A stretch of 64,000 nucleotides of DNA from Hyphomicrobiaceae bacterium. Its GTDB lineage: Bacteria; Pseudomonadota; Alphaproteobacteria; Rhizobiales; Hyphomicrobiaceae. Numbering within the stretch: the stretch's first letter is position 1; the number at the start of each line of letters is the position of its first letter. Below, in pieces: positions 47,949 through 57,470 of this stretch. The translations under genes were made by a program, and so were the position numbers. The DNA is taken from assembly GCA_020442185.1 (NCBI GenBank), contig JAGRKS010000010.1, forward strand, positions 16,454 through 80,453. The letters are read 5' to 3'. The notes beneath the pieces were generated by a model, which saw only the letters and a program-made list of their open reading frames with translations, had not been told where the DNA came from and did not search any database.

Positions 47949-49406
47949 TCAGCCAACGAGCTTTGCGACACTGCTCAACGTCAGTGCGTCGAGGCCGTCG
48001 ACATGAAGGTCGCCACGGCGCTTCACGATCGAGTCGTCGTCGCGCAGCAGGAGGTTGAGAAGCGTGCCCGCGACCAGCGTGCCTCCGACTGGTCCCAGTC
48101 GGCCTCCGAATGCCTCGGCTTCTGCCAGCACATAGAACCATAGAGGCGTCTGGTCGAGTTGGGCGTCGATGACCTTTTGATGCTTGTCGATTGGGTGGAC
48201 GCCGAGGGCTTCCGCCACGACCTCGCCATAGGGCAGCCGGAAGGTTTGCTGACCACGCTGCATGTTCCGGAAGGGCAGCGAAACCGGACCGCCGTCGGCG
48301 ACACGATCGGGGAGGTTGAGGAGCGTGTCGGCGATGCGGGTGTCGATCTGGCGGGCGAATTGCACCTTGCCGTCGCCGTGGTCGAAGAAAAGATTCCAGT
48401 CGATGTTGTGGTCGGCCGGCACGGCCTGGAAGCCTCCGAGGTCGAACAGGCGGACGCGCCGAGATGCGTTGACCATGTAACTGCCGCGCACCTGCGAATG
48501 GCCAAACCGAAACGCCGCCGCGGAAAATTCAAAGGGCATGTCGGGCGCTTCGTCCCAATTGTACGGGCCGGGCAGCTTGCCATTCCAGAAGCCTTCGAGA
48601 AGCGGACGGAGAACGTCGCCGTCGACGATCGCCGGCAGGTAGTCATCGACGATTATGCCCTGGTAGACGTCGCGAACCTTTCGCTGCGCGCGAGCGAAGT
48701 GCTCCGCGGTCGGGTCGCTTCCGCCCGTCATGTCGTCCAGGATGAAATTGTGCAGTCGCAGGAACAGGCCATGGAGCTGCGAAATGAACAAATTTTCGTC
48801 ATTGCGAGGGTCGCCGATCAACGCGACGTCGGCGTTGTTGCGGGGAAGGTCGCGTGGATTGCTGCTGGTTCCCGCCACGAGGTGAAAGCGCCGGTCGTAG
48901 AGGAAGGGGAACATGCCGGGGCCGCTTCGATAGACGGAATCGAGTTCGAGGCGCGGCGTGCGGAAGTTCGGGAGCTCCTCGTCGTTTTGTTCCGTTATGC
49001 CGAGCTTGCTGATCGTTTCCAGCGTAAGGTCATGATCGATGAACTGGCCAAGAAACGTCATGCCGGCTGGTATGGAGCTGAGGCCGCTGGCGTCGTCCTG
49101 CTGCTCGCGCATGGCATTGGCAAGTGCGGCGAGTTTCTCGTCGCTCGGCTGTTCTTCCTGCCGCGGGAACATGCGTCCGAACACGTGCTCCGTTGCTCTC
49201 AGCTTCGCCACGGTTCGAGGATCCGATGTCTCTGCTGCCTCGATTTCAGGCCGGTCAGGCTTCAAAATTCCCTGCAGCCTTTCGAGAAAGGCGCCGTGTC
49301 CATTCGACATATCGAACAACTCCATTCGGTTATAGTGCAACGGGCGTGGGCTGGCCATCGCAGACGGAAGCTGATGCCGCCGCGCCGAAGAAATCGTGTG
49401 TTTCAA
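47949..49406 (-). CDS. Animal-haem-peroxidase (peroxidase-cyclooxygenase) superfamily protein, short bacterial form
   Basis: 485 aa. FLGQFIDHDLTLE (distal His region) and SAAAFRFGHSQV (proximal His region) are signature motifs of PF03098-type peroxidases. The start could be one of several in-frame ATGs. Confidence 0.85.
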   Translation of the reverse strand: MKHTISSARRHQLPSAMASPRPLHYNRMELFDMSNGHGAFLERLQGILKPDRPEIEAAETSDPRTVAKLRATEHVFGRMFPRQEEQPSDEKLAALANAMREQQDDASGLSSIPAGMTFLGQFIDHDLTLETISKLGITEQNDEELPNFRTPRLELDSVYRSGPGMFPFLYDRRFHLVAGTSSNPRDLPRNNADVALIGDPRNDENLFISQLHGLFLRLHNFILDDMTGGSDPTAEHFARAQRKVRDVYQGIIVDDYLPAIVDGDVLRPLLEGFWNGKLPGPYNWDEAPDMPFEFSAAAFRFGHSQVRGSYMVNASRRVRLFDLGGFQAVPADHNIDWNLFFDHGDGKVQFARQIDTRIADTLLNLPDRVADGGPVSLPFRNMQRGQQTFRLPYGEVVAEALGVHPIDKHQKVIDAQLDQTPLWFYVLAEAEAFGGRLGPVGGTLVAGTLLNLLLRDDDSIVKRRGDLHVDGLDALTLSSVAKLVG

Positions 49407-49796
49407 TTTTGCGGATTATTCGTGCGCGTTGGTTTCCGAACTAACTTGGTGTTCCTAGGTGTTCGCCTTCATGACGAGAGCCGGTTATGTCTCTCAACGG
49501 ATACTCGCGACGATTTTTCTCTACCTCGAAAGGGCCGGCTTGGCTGTGAGGTTGCGCACAACGGGTCCCGGGCGGCGCTGTCGGGGCAGCCGAAGTGGCG
49601 CCGAACGCGCCGGTCACGCACCAGTCTCGCGCCGGGCGAAGCCGCCTGAACTTGACGATGCCGGTGGGGAGACTTACAGATTTTCGACCCGCAGTCGTCG
49701 GCTCGTGTCAGTTGGGGCAACACCCGGTCATGACGTTGCGGGATGAGCAGACAGAAAACTTGATACTTCGCATCTTGGCCACTTGAGAGGCCCGAC

Positions 49797-50507
49797 TTGT
49801 TGGTTGATGATCGAAGTCGATTGGCGGAAATTCCGCTGTTCGCCGGAGTCGACCCTCTCGTCGTCGGCGAAATTGCCAACCTATTTTCTGTCCGCGATTA
49901 CGCGGCCGGAAGTGAAATCGTCCGCCACCTCGAAGATGACACCGACGTCTATTTCGTTCTCGCCGGCCGGGTTAAGGTCCGGATCTATTCCTGCCAAGGA
50001 CGGATTGTTGCATTCCGTCAGATTGAATGCGGCGAAATTTTCGGCGAGTATGCGGCCCTCGACGGGACGCCACGATCCGCGAGCGTCGAGGCGGAAATCG
50101 ACACACGTGTGGCGGTGCTGAGCGCGGCGGATTTCAATGCGATCGTTGCTGGGCATTCCTCGATCGCGCAGGCTCTCATCCAGCAACTGGTCAAGCAGAT
50201 CCGGGACTTGACAGTGCGCTATTCGGAGCTTTCGACACTGGCCGTCAACGGCCGCATCGAAGCGGAGTTGCTGCGAATTGCGCGACACGACGGCCAGACG
50301 GTCCAGGCGGAGCCCAACAAGATCCTGATCAAGACACCGCCGACACAATACGAGCTTGCCAACCGGGTCAGTACGCATCGCGAGGCTATCAGCCGCCACT
50401 TGAGCCACCTGAGCAGAATTGGACTGATCCGGCGGACGCGACACGCGCTGGTCATCGAGGATATGCAGCGCCTGCAAGAGATGGTTCAGCGGTCCGGTGC
50501 CGATTGA
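49797..50507 (+). CDS. Crp/Fnr-family transcriptional regulator
   Basis: 236 aa with a TTG start. cNMP-binding-like domain: IPLFAGVDPLVVGEIANLF...GEIFGEYAALDG. C-terminal HTH: ELANRVSTHREAISRHLSHLSRIGLI. No N-terminal Cys cluster, so it is not an FNR-type O2 sensor. Confidence 0.9.
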   Translation: MLVDDRSRLAEIPLFAGVDPLVVGEIANLFSVRDYAAGSEIVRHLEDDTDVYFVLAGRVKVRIYSCQGRIVAFRQIECGEIFGEYAALDGTPRSASVEAEIDTRVAVLSAADFNAIVAGHSSIAQALIQQLVKQIRDLTVRYSELSTLAVNGRIEAELLRIARHDGQTVQAEPNKILIKTPPTQYELANRVSTHREAISRHLSHLSRIGLIRRTRHALVIEDMQRLQEMVQRSGAD

Positions 50508-50802
50508 TCGGCCGATTGTCGGAACGAGACGTTCGAGGCTTGACGCGTGCCGGTTGCCAGCTGAATTTCACATGCGGGAGAGCCGCCCAGTGCCGAACGT
50601 CTACGACCGCTTCGACGTTGTCGGTGCCGAATACTCAGTCACATGATGGCGTCCAAGTATCGACACGGTTGACCCTGAGCAGGTGGCGTCGGCGATGGGT
50701 CTGGACCAGTGATGGGGATGTGAGAAGTCTCACAGACACGTCTTGCGCAGCCGTCTATCGTCACGGCGTTTCAGGTAGCGAAGTGCGCTGTCCTCCCCCC
50801 CC

Positions 50803-50818
50803 GCCACTGAGCTACACC
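50803..50818 (-). other. tRNA 5'-half-like fragment (acceptor/D-arm-like GGTGTAGCTCAGTGGC), not an intact tRNA
   Basis: The minus strand reads GGTGTAGCTCAGTGGC followed by G8. I could not fold the downstream sequence into a D-stem closure, a 7-nt anticodon loop or a T-arm. Confidence 0.3.
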
Positions 50819-51116
50819 TTCAACCGTTGTGGCATGGAGCCTTTTCGGAAACGTGCGGTGTGGACGACTGTTGATGTGGTGACGCCCTGCCTGACCACAC
50901 CTCAGGCAGGGCGGATCCTTTGATTTCGATGGGGTTGCAGTTTTAAAAATGTGCCGGTTCAAAGCCGCTTCGAAAAACTGCTTCGAGGTGGGGCCTGCCG
51001 CACGGAAAATCCGCTTCGCGGCACTTCGACTGCCGGTAAGCGTGCGATTGCGGTTCCAGGGAATGGGCCCTAAGGTTTTCGCCCAGGGGAGCTGTTGCGT
51101 GGTGGAGGGTGGTCGC

Positions 51117-52823
51117 ATGAGCTTCGTGGCACGGAATTCCATTCTGCTCGCGCGTAGCTTCTGCGTGGCTATATGTCTTTTGGCCATCGGGCCTGGCAAG
51201 TCGGTTGCCGACGACGTGAAAAGTTCGGTTGTCGACACCGATCAAGGGCAAGCCTGGACCAGGGAACTGCGCGAGCAGTTCTACAGTCTCGACCAGGGCT
51301 CGCGCATCATTCCGCTCAGCTGGTTGATGGCGCTGAAGCTGCCGGATGGTCGCGATTTCCTCCACGACAACTTGGCGCGCTACGGATATCTGCCCGCCGA
51401 CAAGGGACTCTATCGACTACCGATCGGCTTCACGGCAGCGGGACCGTTCGGCGAGGAAATGGTCGGCATGACGTGTGCGGCCTGCCACACGCGGCAGATT
51501 TCAGCCGGTGGGCGGACATTTCGCGTCGATGGCGGGCCGGCCTTCGCCGACTTCCAGGCCTTCGTCGCCGATCTCGACACGGCGGTGCGGAGGGTGATCG
51601 ACGACCCGCATGCCTACAAGGCGTTTGTCCGGGATGTGTTGGGGCCGAACGTCGGGACGGCAACCGAGGACAAGCTGCGCTGGTCACTCAGTCAGTGGTA
51701 CTACCGTTTCCACACGCTGATGGAAGGCTCTCTGCCCCGGAACGTCAAATGGGGCGCTGGCCGGCTGGACGCCGTTGCCATGATCTTCAATCGTCTGACA
51801 GGGCTCGACCTCGGGCCGGCGCCACACTTCATTATTGCTGACAATATCGTACCCGCCACCGCACCTGTCCGCTATCCGTTCCTTTGGAACACGCACCGCC
51901 AGGAGGTCGTCCAGTGGACCGGCATCGCCGACAACAAGACGCCTTTGCGTGTCTTGGCGCGTAATGTCGGGCAAGCATTGGGGGTGTTTGCCGAATTCGT
52001 TCCAAAGAAATCCCTGCAGCCGAATGGCGACTACGTTTTCGATCTCTTTGCTGTCAACTCCATCCAATTCGGCAACCTCAAGAAGCTCGAAAAGCTGATG
52101 TGGGCCATCGGCCCGCCCAAGTGGCCGTGGCCAGTCGATCAGGAGCTTGCCGAACGCGGCGCGCGAATTTTCGGTGTCGCGTGTGCCGGCTGTCATGGCG
52201 CACGAGAGGTGGGAGGGTTCTGGGAAACCAACGTATATGTGGTGGGGACAGATCGCAGCGCGGTCCGGCTGCTCCTGCGAGACGTCGATACCGGGGTCTT
52301 TGCCGATGCCGGTTTTGCCCGGCGCGAACCAGCCGCAAAGGTTCTGCAGCTGACCGCGGGTGCACTGGCCGCGTCTTCGGAGCAGCGTGACGACAGCAGA
52401 ATGCAGATCCTCGCCGGTCCGTCGCAGCTGCGTACGCTGGAGGTCAATCTGCAGTTGCTGCGCACCAATACGCCACCGCCACCTGACGCTGCAGGGCCTC
52501 GTCAACGTCAGCCCGGTGGGTACGTGGCGCGCGTCCTGCACGGTGTCTGGGCGGCGGCTCCCTTCCTGCACAATGGCTCCGTGCCGACGCTCAGGGATCT
52601 ACTGAAGCCTCCGGATGAGCGCCCGGCAGAATTCGCGGTCGGCGCTGACTACGATCCCGTTGCAGTCGGTCTGGCGGCCAAGCAGTCGGGGCGCGCGACA
52701 ACGATGACCACGACGGGGTGCCACGATCTCGATTCGGGCAACAGCCGTTGTGGACATGCATTCGGAACCGAGCTTTCTCCAAGTGAACGGGATGCTTTGA
52801 TTGAATACCTGAAGACGTTGTAA
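51117..52823 (+). CDS. Secreted di-haem cytochrome c, CCP/MauG/RoxA-like
   Basis: ORF track gives 50949..52823. ATG 51117 opens a signal peptide (MSFVARNSILLARSFCVAICLLAIGPG). Two CXXCH motifs (CAACH, CAGCH) and APFLHNGSVPTLRDLL, which is typical of the bacterial di-haem peroxidase superfamily. Confidence 0.8.
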   Translation: MSFVARNSILLARSFCVAICLLAIGPGKSVADDVKSSVVDTDQGQAWTRELREQFYSLDQGSRIIPLSWLMALKLPDGRDFLHDNLARYGYLPADKGLYRLPIGFTAAGPFGEEMVGMTCAACHTRQISAGGRTFRVDGGPAFADFQAFVADLDTAVRRVIDDPHAYKAFVRDVLGPNVGTATEDKLRWSLSQWYYRFHTLMEGSLPRNVKWGAGRLDAVAMIFNRLTGLDLGPAPHFIIADNIVPATAPVRYPFLWNTHRQEVVQWTGIADNKTPLRVLARNVGQALGVFAEFVPKKSLQPNGDYVFDLFAVNSIQFGNLKKLEKLMWAIGPPKWPWPVDQELAERGARIFGVACAGCHGAREVGGFWETNVYVVGTDRSAVRLLLRDVDTGVFADAGFARREPAAKVLQLTAGALAASSEQRDDSRMQILAGPSQLRTLEVNLQLLRTNTPPPPDAAGPRQRQPGGYVARVLHGVWAAAPFLHNGSVPTLRDLLKPPDERPAEFAVGADYDPVAVGLAAKQSGRATTMTTTGCHDLDSGNSRCGHAFGTELSPSERDALIEYLKTL

Positions 52824-52891
52824 TAAAATCGGGCACAAGCTCTGAACATCTGTGTGCGGTCAATATTTCGTCGCGCGCACTTTGGGTGGAC

Positions 52892-55800
52892 ATGCCTATT
52901 CCAGGGTTCGATGCGAGCACGAGCGGACCGCCTTTGACCGGGCGTCAAAGGCGTTTTCTGGTCGTCATGTTCGCCGATCTTTCGCATTCGACACGGCTGT
53001 CGGCCGAGATGGAGGCCGAGGACTACGCCGAACTGCTCGATGAGCTTCGCGCGAAATACGATCATGTCCTCGAGCGACATGGCGGCATGGTCTTTCGTGT
53101 GCAAGGTGATGGCCTGCTTGCGTGCTTCGGCTACCCGAATGCCAGGGAGGATGACGCGCGAAGAGCCGTCGAAGCAGCACTTGAACTGCATCAGGCTGTC
53201 GCGACGCGCAACCCTGACGGCCGCCGCTTGTGTCTGCACACCGGCATCCATGCCGGGCTCGTATTGCTGGCGCCGGGGGACGATGTCAGCGGCCGGCTCG
53301 TGCTGTTCGGTCAGGCCGTCAACATTGCAGCGCGCCTGGCAGATGTGGCGTTGGACGACGAGATCCTCGCAAGCCAGGATTCGCTCGGGGCGGAATGTCA
53401 CTTTTTCGAGACCGACGCCGGCCGGGTCCTGAGCCTTCCGGATATCGACAAGCCGATTGCGGTCTGGAGCATCCGCAAGAAGGCCAATGTCGCAAATCGC
53501 TTCGAGGCCCGTTCTCTGCGCGGGTTGACGCCGTTCGTCGGACGCCACGACGAATTGCGCCGTCTCGGGAGTCGCATGGACGCGGTCGTGAGTGGCTCGG
53601 CGCATTACCTGGCAATTTCGGCTCCGCCCGGGCAGGGAAAATCGCGATTGGCAGATGAGTTCATTTCACGCCTGGATCACGATCGCATTCACGTCCTCCG
53701 CGGCTACTGCGAGAGCTATCTGAGCGCCCCGCCCCTGCAACCATTCCTTCAGATGCTGCGGTCGATTTGCAGGATCGAATACAGCATGTCGGCCGCCGAC
53801 GCCCGGGAAGCGGTTCGGCGAACGCTGGCGCAGATCAGTCCATCCCTGACCCATCATGCTCCCTCGTTGTTCGCCGCATTGTCCTACGAGAGTTCGACGG
53901 AGGGTGAGGAGGGGGGCGGTGCGCAACAGGCGAGCGTCGCAAGCGGAGCGGCGTTCTCGGCGCTCTTCGATGCACTTGCTCTAGAGCGGCCGTTGTTGAT
54001 TTTCATCGACGACTGGCAATGGGCTGACGATGCGACGCGGCAGCTGTTGGCAGGAATCCGCGGCCGAATAGAACGTTCGATCTGCGTCGTCGTGGCGACT
54101 CGGCTCGTCAACTTCGAGGGCGTGGAACTGGCCGGTGCGGAACGCATTTCGCTGAAACCTCTTCGTGACGAGGAGTCCGACGCAACGATCAAGACACTGC
54201 TGCAGTCGGCAAACACGTTCGAAATTTCACAGATCCGCGAAGAAGCAGGCGGGAACCCCTTGTTTCTGGAGGAACTGTGTCATTCGGCATCGCAGCGCAT
54301 GCCGCGCCATCAAGCCACGGGGACGAGTGGCGCATCGGCATGGCTCAGCAGGCTACTTGCAGCGCGCGTTGAGCGCCTCACGACCGAGCATCGCGATATC
54401 GTGCGCACGGCTGCCGTCATTGGCAACGTCATACCTGCAAGGGTTCTCGAGATCGTGTCGGGTGCGTCGGGCCTCCAGGCGACGATGTGCGAACTGTCGA
54501 ATCTTGATGTCATACATCCAGCAGAGCAGCTTGGGATGTATCGTTTCAAACATGGGATTGCGCGCGAGGCGATCTACGAGACGGTTGGTGCGCGTGAACG
54601 CCAGATCCTGCACTTGCGGATTGCCGAGGCCCTCGAGGGATTGGCCGCTCTCGGGCAAACGGAGTTGTTACACGAGCAATTGGCCTATCATTATGCCGCG
54701 GCCGCCCGATGGACAGAAGCCGCGAAATATTCCGAACGCGCCGGGGACAAGGCCATCGCGGCCTCGGCGCTCGATCGTGCGCAGGCCCAATATCAAGCTG
54801 CCCTCGACGCACTGGGCCGCACAGAACTGACCCAAGAGAATTACGTGAAGTGGCTCATGATCGCGCGCCGCCTGGGTCTCGTTTGTGTTTTCGACCCATC
54901 GGCAGAGCATCTCGATGTCCTCATGCGTGCGATTGAAGTGGCCAGGCGTTTCAACGATGAAAATGGCTTGGGGCACGCCGAATACTGGGTCGGGTATGTC
55001 TATTACGGGCTCGGCGACTTCAAGCGTGCGACCATGCATCTCGAAGTCGCCCTGGCGCGGGCGCAGCGGCTCGGAGATGCCTCCCTCATGAAGTGGTGCG
55101 GCGCAACTCTCGGGCAAGCGTATGCCGCGGCGAGTCAGTACGACCGCGCGTTGGACCTGCTCGGCCAGGCCATCGACGAAAAGCGACGCCAGAAGCGCAT
55201 GACGAGGCCGGCCGTCGGGTATGCCTATTCGCTCGCGTGTCAGGCATCAGCCTTGGGTGACCGCGGCGAATTCGACGCCGCGGCGGAGTGTTTCCGGGAG
55301 GCACTACAGGCGGTCGAGGGGGCCGGACACGAAGTCGAGGGATCGATCTGCTGCTGGCAGAGTGGCGTGCAGCTCTGGCAGGGGCGGTGGCAGGATGCGT
55401 TGGACAGTTCGCGGCGCGCCCAACGTGTCGCCGAGCGCGTCAAGAGTCTCTACCTCTATGCAATGAGCCGTTCGCTCGGCGGATATGCAAGTTGGAAGCT
55501 CGATGGCCGTTCGGATGCGCTGCAGACGATCCTGGAATCCACAGCCTGGCTGGAGCGCGCAGGCAAGGCCCTGTTCATTTCCCTCAACTATGGCTGGCTC
55601 GCCGAGATCCTTGTTGCCAATCGCCTGCAGCATGCCGGACGGCAGTATGCCGCGCGAGCGCTCGGGCGCATCCGTAGTCATGACCGCATCGGTGGTGCGA
55701 TGGCGTTCCGGGCGATGGCGCAGGCCGCAGCCTCAGGCCGCTACCATAAGACATCAGAACACTATTTGAGGTTGGCGGCGGAGAATGCCGCTTTGCGTCA

Positions 55801-56014
55801 GTCGCCACACGAAATCGTGGGCAACGCCATGTGCGCGGCAGAAATCTTGTCGAATGCGGGGGAAGTCGCCCGGGCGCGCGAACACTATGAGCAAGCTCTG
55901 TACCTTTCGAATAGGCTCGGAATGACGTGGCATGCTGAATTGGCAAGCGCGCATTTGAACGGACATTTGCGCCAGATAGCAGGGCTTCCAGCACCGGTCG
56001 CCAAGCCGCTCTAG
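52892..56014 (+). CDS. Class III adenylate/guanylate cyclase domain - AAA/STAND NTPase - TPR-like repeat protein
   Basis: Cyclase domain: RRFLVVMFADLSHST, FRVQGDGLLACFGYP. P-loop: ISAPPGQGKSRLADEF. The long C-terminal part is helical repeats. GTG 52886 or ATG 52892 could be the start. Confidence 0.9.
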   Translation: MPIPGFDASTSGPPLTGRQRRFLVVMFADLSHSTRLSAEMEAEDYAELLDELRAKYDHVLERHGGMVFRVQGDGLLACFGYPNAREDDARRAVEAALELHQAVATRNPDGRRLCLHTGIHAGLVLLAPGDDVSGRLVLFGQAVNIAARLADVALDDEILASQDSLGAECHFFETDAGRVLSLPDIDKPIAVWSIRKKANVANRFEARSLRGLTPFVGRHDELRRLGSRMDAVVSGSAHYLAISAPPGQGKSRLADEFISRLDHDRIHVLRGYCESYLSAPPLQPFLQMLRSICRIEYSMSAADAREAVRRTLAQISPSLTHHAPSLFAALSYESSTEGEEGGGAQQASVASGAAFSALFDALALERPLLIFIDDWQWADDATRQLLAGIRGRIERSICVVVATRLVNFEGVELAGAERISLKPLRDEESDATIKTLLQSANTFEISQIREEAGGNPLFLEELCHSASQRMPRHQATGTSGASAWLSRLLAARVERLTTEHRDIVRTAAVIGNVIPARVLEIVSGASGLQATMCELSNLDVIHPAEQLGMYRFKHGIAREAIYETVGARERQILHLRIAEALEGLAALGQTELLHEQLAYHYAAAARWTEAAKYSERAGDKAIAASALDRAQAQYQAALDALGRTELTQENYVKWLMIARRLGLVCVFDPSAEHLDVLMRAIEVARRFNDENGLGHAEYWVGYVYYGLGDFKRATMHLEVALARAQRLGDASLMKWCGATLGQAYAAASQYDRALDLLGQAIDEKRRQKRMTRPAVGYAYSLACQASALGDRGEFDAAAECFREALQAVEGAGHEVEGSICCWQSGVQLWQGRWQDALDSSRRAQRVAERVKSLYLYAMSRSLGGYASWKLDGRSDALQTILESTAWLERAGKALFISLNYGWLAEILVANRLQHAGRQYAARALGRIRSHDRIGGAMAFRAMAQAAASGRYHKTSEHYLRLAAENAALRQSPHEIVGNAMCAAEILSNAGEVARAREHYEQALYLSNRLGMTWHAELASAHLNGHLRQIAGLPAPVAKPL

Positions 56015-56039
56015 CCCGCACCCCTGTGCGGATGGCGCT

Positions 56040-57242
56040 CTAGGAAGCTGCTACAGGCTCCATCAGTCCGGTGATGGTCCCGAGCATGATCGCGATTGCG
56101 GCCTCGTAGCCGGGACAGGCATGGGTCGGATGGTGGCGAGCGCTTCTGTCACCTCCAAAGACGACGAAGACGTCTGTCTTGCCACTTTCGAGGTCGGAGG
56201 CTGTCACGGAAGCGATGTCGACGACGACCTGATCGCCTGTCCGGACGTTCTCGTCGCCGAGGGTATGATCGCTTGTTGCCGTTCGCCAGACTTCTGGCGG
56301 CATTGGCCGGCCTTGTATTGCCTGGAACATCGGTTCGGCCAGCGCGGCATAGGCCCGTTCGTATCCATTGTTGCCCGGGTGAGCGCTCAATGCGTTCTGC
56401 AACCGCGTGAAGGTCGCCCCGCCCTGCGCCCGCCAGGCCGCGAGGACAAACTTGAGATTGAAATAGGTGGTGGGCAGCATGCCCATCATGACGCCGACGA
56501 TACTGCGTGCGATGAGGTCGTCGTCGCCTTCGGGGTAGGCCTCGAATACCGCGCGTGAGACAATCCCCTTGGGCTTTTCTCCCTCGCGTCGCAAGCGCGC
56601 GATATAGCTGGCATGAGAGTCGCGCAGGATGTGCCCAATCGATCGCGCGTCTTCGGACATGAGCTTGTCGCCATCGGCGTAGAACATGCAGGCGGATGGA
56701 ACGCCGTAGTCTGCGGGACACAATGCTGGCGGCTGCGGCGGCGTGCTGGTCCTTCCGCCACCCTCGACAATCTCGACGCCATCGGGAAGATCGAACCACA
56801 GTGTGCACATGTGCGCCAGCACCGACACGATGACGGCTTCATCGATTGCGCCCGGCGCGGCTTCCAGTTTGCCTCGCGTGGCGTCGAGCGATTGTCTGAA
56901 CGCTTCGTCGGCGGACAGTGCCTGGATCGCGATGTTGATTTTGGTGGCCTGGCGGTCGTATTCGTCCCCCTTGTCCAGACCGAGGTAGATCTCTCCGAAC
57001 AGCTGGCGTGCGCGTTCGTTGTAGCCGCGGACCGAGTAGACCGCATCGGCGTCGGCCAGGACCTTGTTGGCGAGGTCCTTGGTGCGCGCGTGGATGCGCT
57101 TGTTGGCGCGCGCGCTTTCAACCGAGGCCTGGACTGGCACGGCGCGACTGAGGGGATGCGCTTGCGGTTCGCAGCCGTGGGTCACCGCATCCTCGAGGCA
57201 GAGGCGAATGAACTCGTCAACGCTGTTGTTCTGGTGTGGCAT
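56040..57242 (-). CDS. Cytochrome P450-like (haem-thiolate-like) protein with an extended Cys-ligand loop
   Basis: The maximal ORF runs to 57317. ATG 57242 has AGGTGA upstream. The C-terminal FGGDRSARHHPTHACPGYEAAIAIMLG resembles the P450 FxxGxxxCxG loop with about 7 extra residues, and VGVMMGMLPTT may be the I-helix. The family call is tentative. Confidence 0.5.
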   Translation of the reverse strand: MPHQNNSVDEFIRLCLEDAVTHGCEPQAHPLSRAVPVQASVESARANKRIHARTKDLANKVLADADAVYSVRGYNERARQLFGEIYLGLDKGDEYDRQATKINIAIQALSADEAFRQSLDATRGKLEAAPGAIDEAVIVSVLAHMCTLWFDLPDGVEIVEGGGRTSTPPQPPALCPADYGVPSACMFYADGDKLMSEDARSIGHILRDSHASYIARLRREGEKPKGIVSRAVFEAYPEGDDDLIARSIVGVMMGMLPTTYFNLKFVLAAWRAQGGATFTRLQNALSAHPGNNGYERAYAALAEPMFQAIQGRPMPPEVWRTATSDHTLGDENVRTGDQVVVDIASVTASDLESGKTDVFVVFGGDRSARHHPTHACPGYEAAIAIMLGTITGLMEPVAAS

Positions 57243-57470
57243 TTCATTCACCTGAATTGATGGTGACGTGCGTCTGCTGTCCGCGCGGGGCGCTACACTC
57301 GCGGCCTGGACATCCAACGGTTGCGCGGTTTGCTCAAGGTCGATTTCGAGAAGTCTACCGCAACGAGAGCCCCATTCCTGTGGGAAAAATCACGAAGGCC
57401 GGGGAAAGTGTCTGTGCTGATGAACCGACGGCTCGGCTCGATATGACGGGCAGTTCTGCCGTCGTGGAAT

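Noticed and set aside
49755-49775. TTGAT half-site (49760-49764) upstream of the Crp-family gene, considered as an FNR/CRP box.
   Set aside because: The second half-site (ATCAA after a 4-nt spacer) is absent; the sequence reads TTGATACTTCGCATC. It is not a credible palindrome.
56016-56031. Small hairpin CCGCAC-CCCT-GTGCGG between the convergent cyclase-STAND and P450-like genes, considered as a bidirectional terminator.
   Set aside because: It has only a 6-bp stem and no flanking T/A tracts, which is too weak to call.
47949-57242. Oxylipin pathway idea: a haem dioxygenase (47949-49406) feeding a CYP74-like enzyme (56040-57242).
   Set aside because: The peroxidase-family protein has the FRFGHS proximal-His context typical of true peroxidases rather than the dioxygenase (COX/LDS/alpha-DOX) type. 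The two genes are 6.6 kb apart on separate transcription units with unrelated genes between them.
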